DNA of 64,000 bases, from positions 1 to 64,000 of the forward strand of contig JAUCBJ010006847.1 of NCBI GenBank assembly GCA_032718475.1, read 5' to 3'. Below are positions 61,437 through 64,000 of this stretch, one piece after another. Position numbers and translations under genes: made by a program. The notes under the pieces are model-generated. The model was not told where the DNA came from and searched no databases. It worked only from the letters and a program-made list of their open reading frames with translations. This stretch comes from Nemertoderma westbladi. Its lineage: Eukaryota > Animalia > Xenacoelomorpha. Numbering within the stretch: the stretch's first letter is position 1; each line of letters opens with the position of its first letter.

Positions 61437-63591
61437 CTACTAGGATAGGCATGCTGCATTGCAGCTGCATTTTTAAGAATGCTGTGTCGGCTTATCGACA
61501 AAATTGCACCACCACAACTCCCTATCACCCATGATATTTGCTAGATCATCCACATCTTCAAGGCCAGTGTCCTTTAAGATGCGTCTCAAGAAAGTCATTG
61601 GCTGTCCACCATGCTTATTCACTCCATGAGGCTGCCAAAGTACTGCCACTGGCTGGTCCTCACGGCGAAAGCAATGTCCTGCAAAGCAGAGGCGATTTTG
61701 TTCTAGTGCCAAGCTTGGGGGAACCAATGAGACACCTCAAATGTTATATAGTGTCGGGTTGGAGATGTGTGCATTGTACTTGACACAATGAACCCGGCGT
61801 AGCATTCTTGTGAATGTGCCATCCAGAGATTTGGTGTCCTCAACAGTTAGAGCCCAGCATGGACTCCCATAGAGGAGTACTGGAACTACTGCTGCCCTAA
61901 ATAATCGGACCTTAAGTTTCCGATTAATTCTCAGTGACTTCCAAATCCTGGAAAGCCTATTCAAGGCTGCCCATGCCTTTCCCTTACATATTCGAAGGTC
62001 TCACCTGACTTCCGGATCCATGATCCCAGGTAACAGAAATCATCCACATGCTCAAGCATACCATCTTTTGAGCTTATGCTCATCCGATCAGAGACTTGCT
62101 GATGACTTTCAAAGTTAACTGTCAAAATTTTGGTCTTTCTGGAGTTAATAAAAAGACCAACACTAGAAGCAGCATGTTCTAATGAGCTGAGGAGCCGTTG
62201 GGCTCCTTCTGGTGATTCTGAGAGTAACCCTAAGTCATCAGTCTAGATCAGTTAGGTACTTGGCAGGATTTCCTCGACTTCTGGAGCCAGTAGGTGGAGT
62301 TATCATCACCCCATCATCATTATGATGATCTAAGGACATGCGTAGAACATAGTCAACAACAATTATGAACAAGAATGGTGCAAGTGTGTCTCCCTGGACG
62401 ACGCCCCATAACACTTCAAATGGTTCTGTGTCACCATCAACAGTAGACACAAATGTTGTCGAACCATCGTATACTGATCTGATTGCTGCAATAATTTCAT
62501 CAGGAATCCCATATAATGAAAGTATGCTGAACATACGTGATCGAGAGACTGAATCAAAGGCCTTGAAGAAGTCAACAAAGATAACAGCCAGATGCTTGTC
62601 TTTCTTTTTTGATGCTTGTCTTTCTTTTTTGATATCTCTTCAATTATCCTTCTAAGTGCCAAAATGGGCTCCATGGTCCCACGACCTTTACGGAACCCAT
62701 TCTGATTTCCACGGAGCAGTCTCTCAATGGGATCCCTGCTGTGATTTAATAGAATTCTATTGTATAGCTTTGCAGCAATCGAGATCAATGAGATTCCCCG
62801 AAAAGAACCATAGAGTGTTAGGTTGCCCTTCTTGGGAACTGGCACCAACTTATTTGTTTTCATTTCTTGTGGGACACTTGTTGTTCGGTACATGTCTACT
62901 ATGTCTACTATGAGCTTTAAACACTCCGGTATTTTAAATACCTCAGGGGGAACACCATCTATTCCACTGGCACGATTGGTCTTAATGCTCTTTGCAGCAG
63001 CCTTCACTTCTGCAAAGGAGATATCACCAATGGGAATATCTGGGAGTACAGACTCAGATACTTTTACTTCTATAAAGTTATCAGGCAATACCCTGTCATT
63101 ATTGAGGAGCTTTTCAAAGTGGGCCTTCCAACCATTGAGGCGATCGGCTGGTGATTCAGCCTTAACCTTGGTGGTTGGTTGGCTTTTTCGACCAGCAAGC
63201 AAGTTGATCGATCTCCATGCCTGGGATGATTGCATGCTGTCGTCAGCATCATTGATGGCATCAACCTGTTGGTTTATTAGCTCCTGTAAATTAAGAGAGC
63301 ACTGCCTGTTCAGGGACCTAGATGCAGCCTTAACTGCATTCTTGGCCGCTGTAGTCTGTTTGAGTGGGGACTCTTTCTGCGCCTTGTAGAGGTAATTTCG
63401 GCACTTCTGAATTTTGTTGTCAGTCCAGGGGGCCCGTTTCCTGTTTCGAGGGTATACAGGAACTGTTTCCGCAGCTGCTAACTTAACTGCCTCTGTGAAG
63501 GCAGTAGGCCTATAGCCCTCACAGTGATATGCCGCCTCAGAGGCAAGAACCTCATACCTGTTGCTCAGCTGTAGTGTGAATTAATTAATTA
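61437..63591 (-). mobile_element. 5'-truncated RTE-type LINE inserted in the transposase 3' end
   Basis: RT motifs RGISLISIAAKLYN, QNGFRKGRGT, GVVQGDTLAP, LLYGSPCW; frameshifts (20-bp duplication near 62591-62630); 12-bp TSD acagaactaatt at 61425-61436 and 63592-63603. Confidence 0.93.
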
Positions 63592-63893
63592 ACAGAACTA
63601 ATTAATCTTTTTTAACTATTCAAGTTTTCGGTTTTTTAATAGATTGAGCGTGGAAAGTCGAAAATTTTAAATTTGATTGAAAACCATCCCACTAGATGTA
63701 AATGTAATACTCCTTCAAAAAGACAATTTCCCACCCATTCACAAAGTAACAAGCATTTTCGGAGTATTTTTCAAAGTAGCTTATTGGGTTTGTCAAACTT
63801 CGAATAATGATTTGGAAATGCGTTTTCAAAATATTGGCTTGTTGATTTATGATTTAGATGGAAATTTTTGGATGCAATTCATAAAGGGAAGCA

Positions 63894-64000
63894 GGAAAAT
63901 TCGGTCCCGGACAATTCGGTCCGGACAATTCGGTCCCGGACAATTCGGTCCGGACAATTCGGTCCCGGACAATTCGGTCCCGGACAATTCCGTCCCATTA
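63894..64000. repeat. 14-15-bp tandem repeat (ggacaattcggtccc)n, probably a DNA-transposon subterminal array
   Basis: Direct inspection; runs to near the window edge. Confidence 0.75.

Overview
AT-rich, intron-containing animal (invertebrate-like) genomic DNA, not prokaryotic. (1) Minus strand, 955-20267: seven phase-compatible GT-AG exons of the 3' half of a pappalysin (PAPP-A-like metalloproteinase) gene. They cover the region before the CCP modules and CCP1-5, and the introns are packed with unrelated minisatellites and TE relics. (2) Plus strand, 23130-47046: three tandem two-exon paralogues encoding TIR-like + DBB + ankyrin adaptors of the BCAP/PIK3AP1-BANK1-Dof family. They apparently lie antisense inside a very large pappalysin intron, with a near-identical core and unalignable tyrosine-motif linkers. 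(3) 48505-63615: a decayed PIF/Harbinger transposon carrying a 262-bp foldback, an RTE-type LINE and a young BEL/Pao LTR element (1211-bp LTRs, about 5 differences, 5-bp TSD) that keeps an intact Gag-protease ORF but has lost RT and integrase. That LTR element has no tRNA primer site. Instead, the 11 nt after its 5' LTR are perfectly complementary to an 11-mer inside the LTR, suggesting Tf1-like self-priming. Other notable structures: a 40-bp minisatellite built from a pappalysin exon end plus its splice donor, a 51-bp minisatellite expanded inside a CRE-like retrotransposon reading frame, and a Helentron-type element carrying repeated CTCF-like motifs. Family assignments come from recalled motifs and manual alignment, not database searches.
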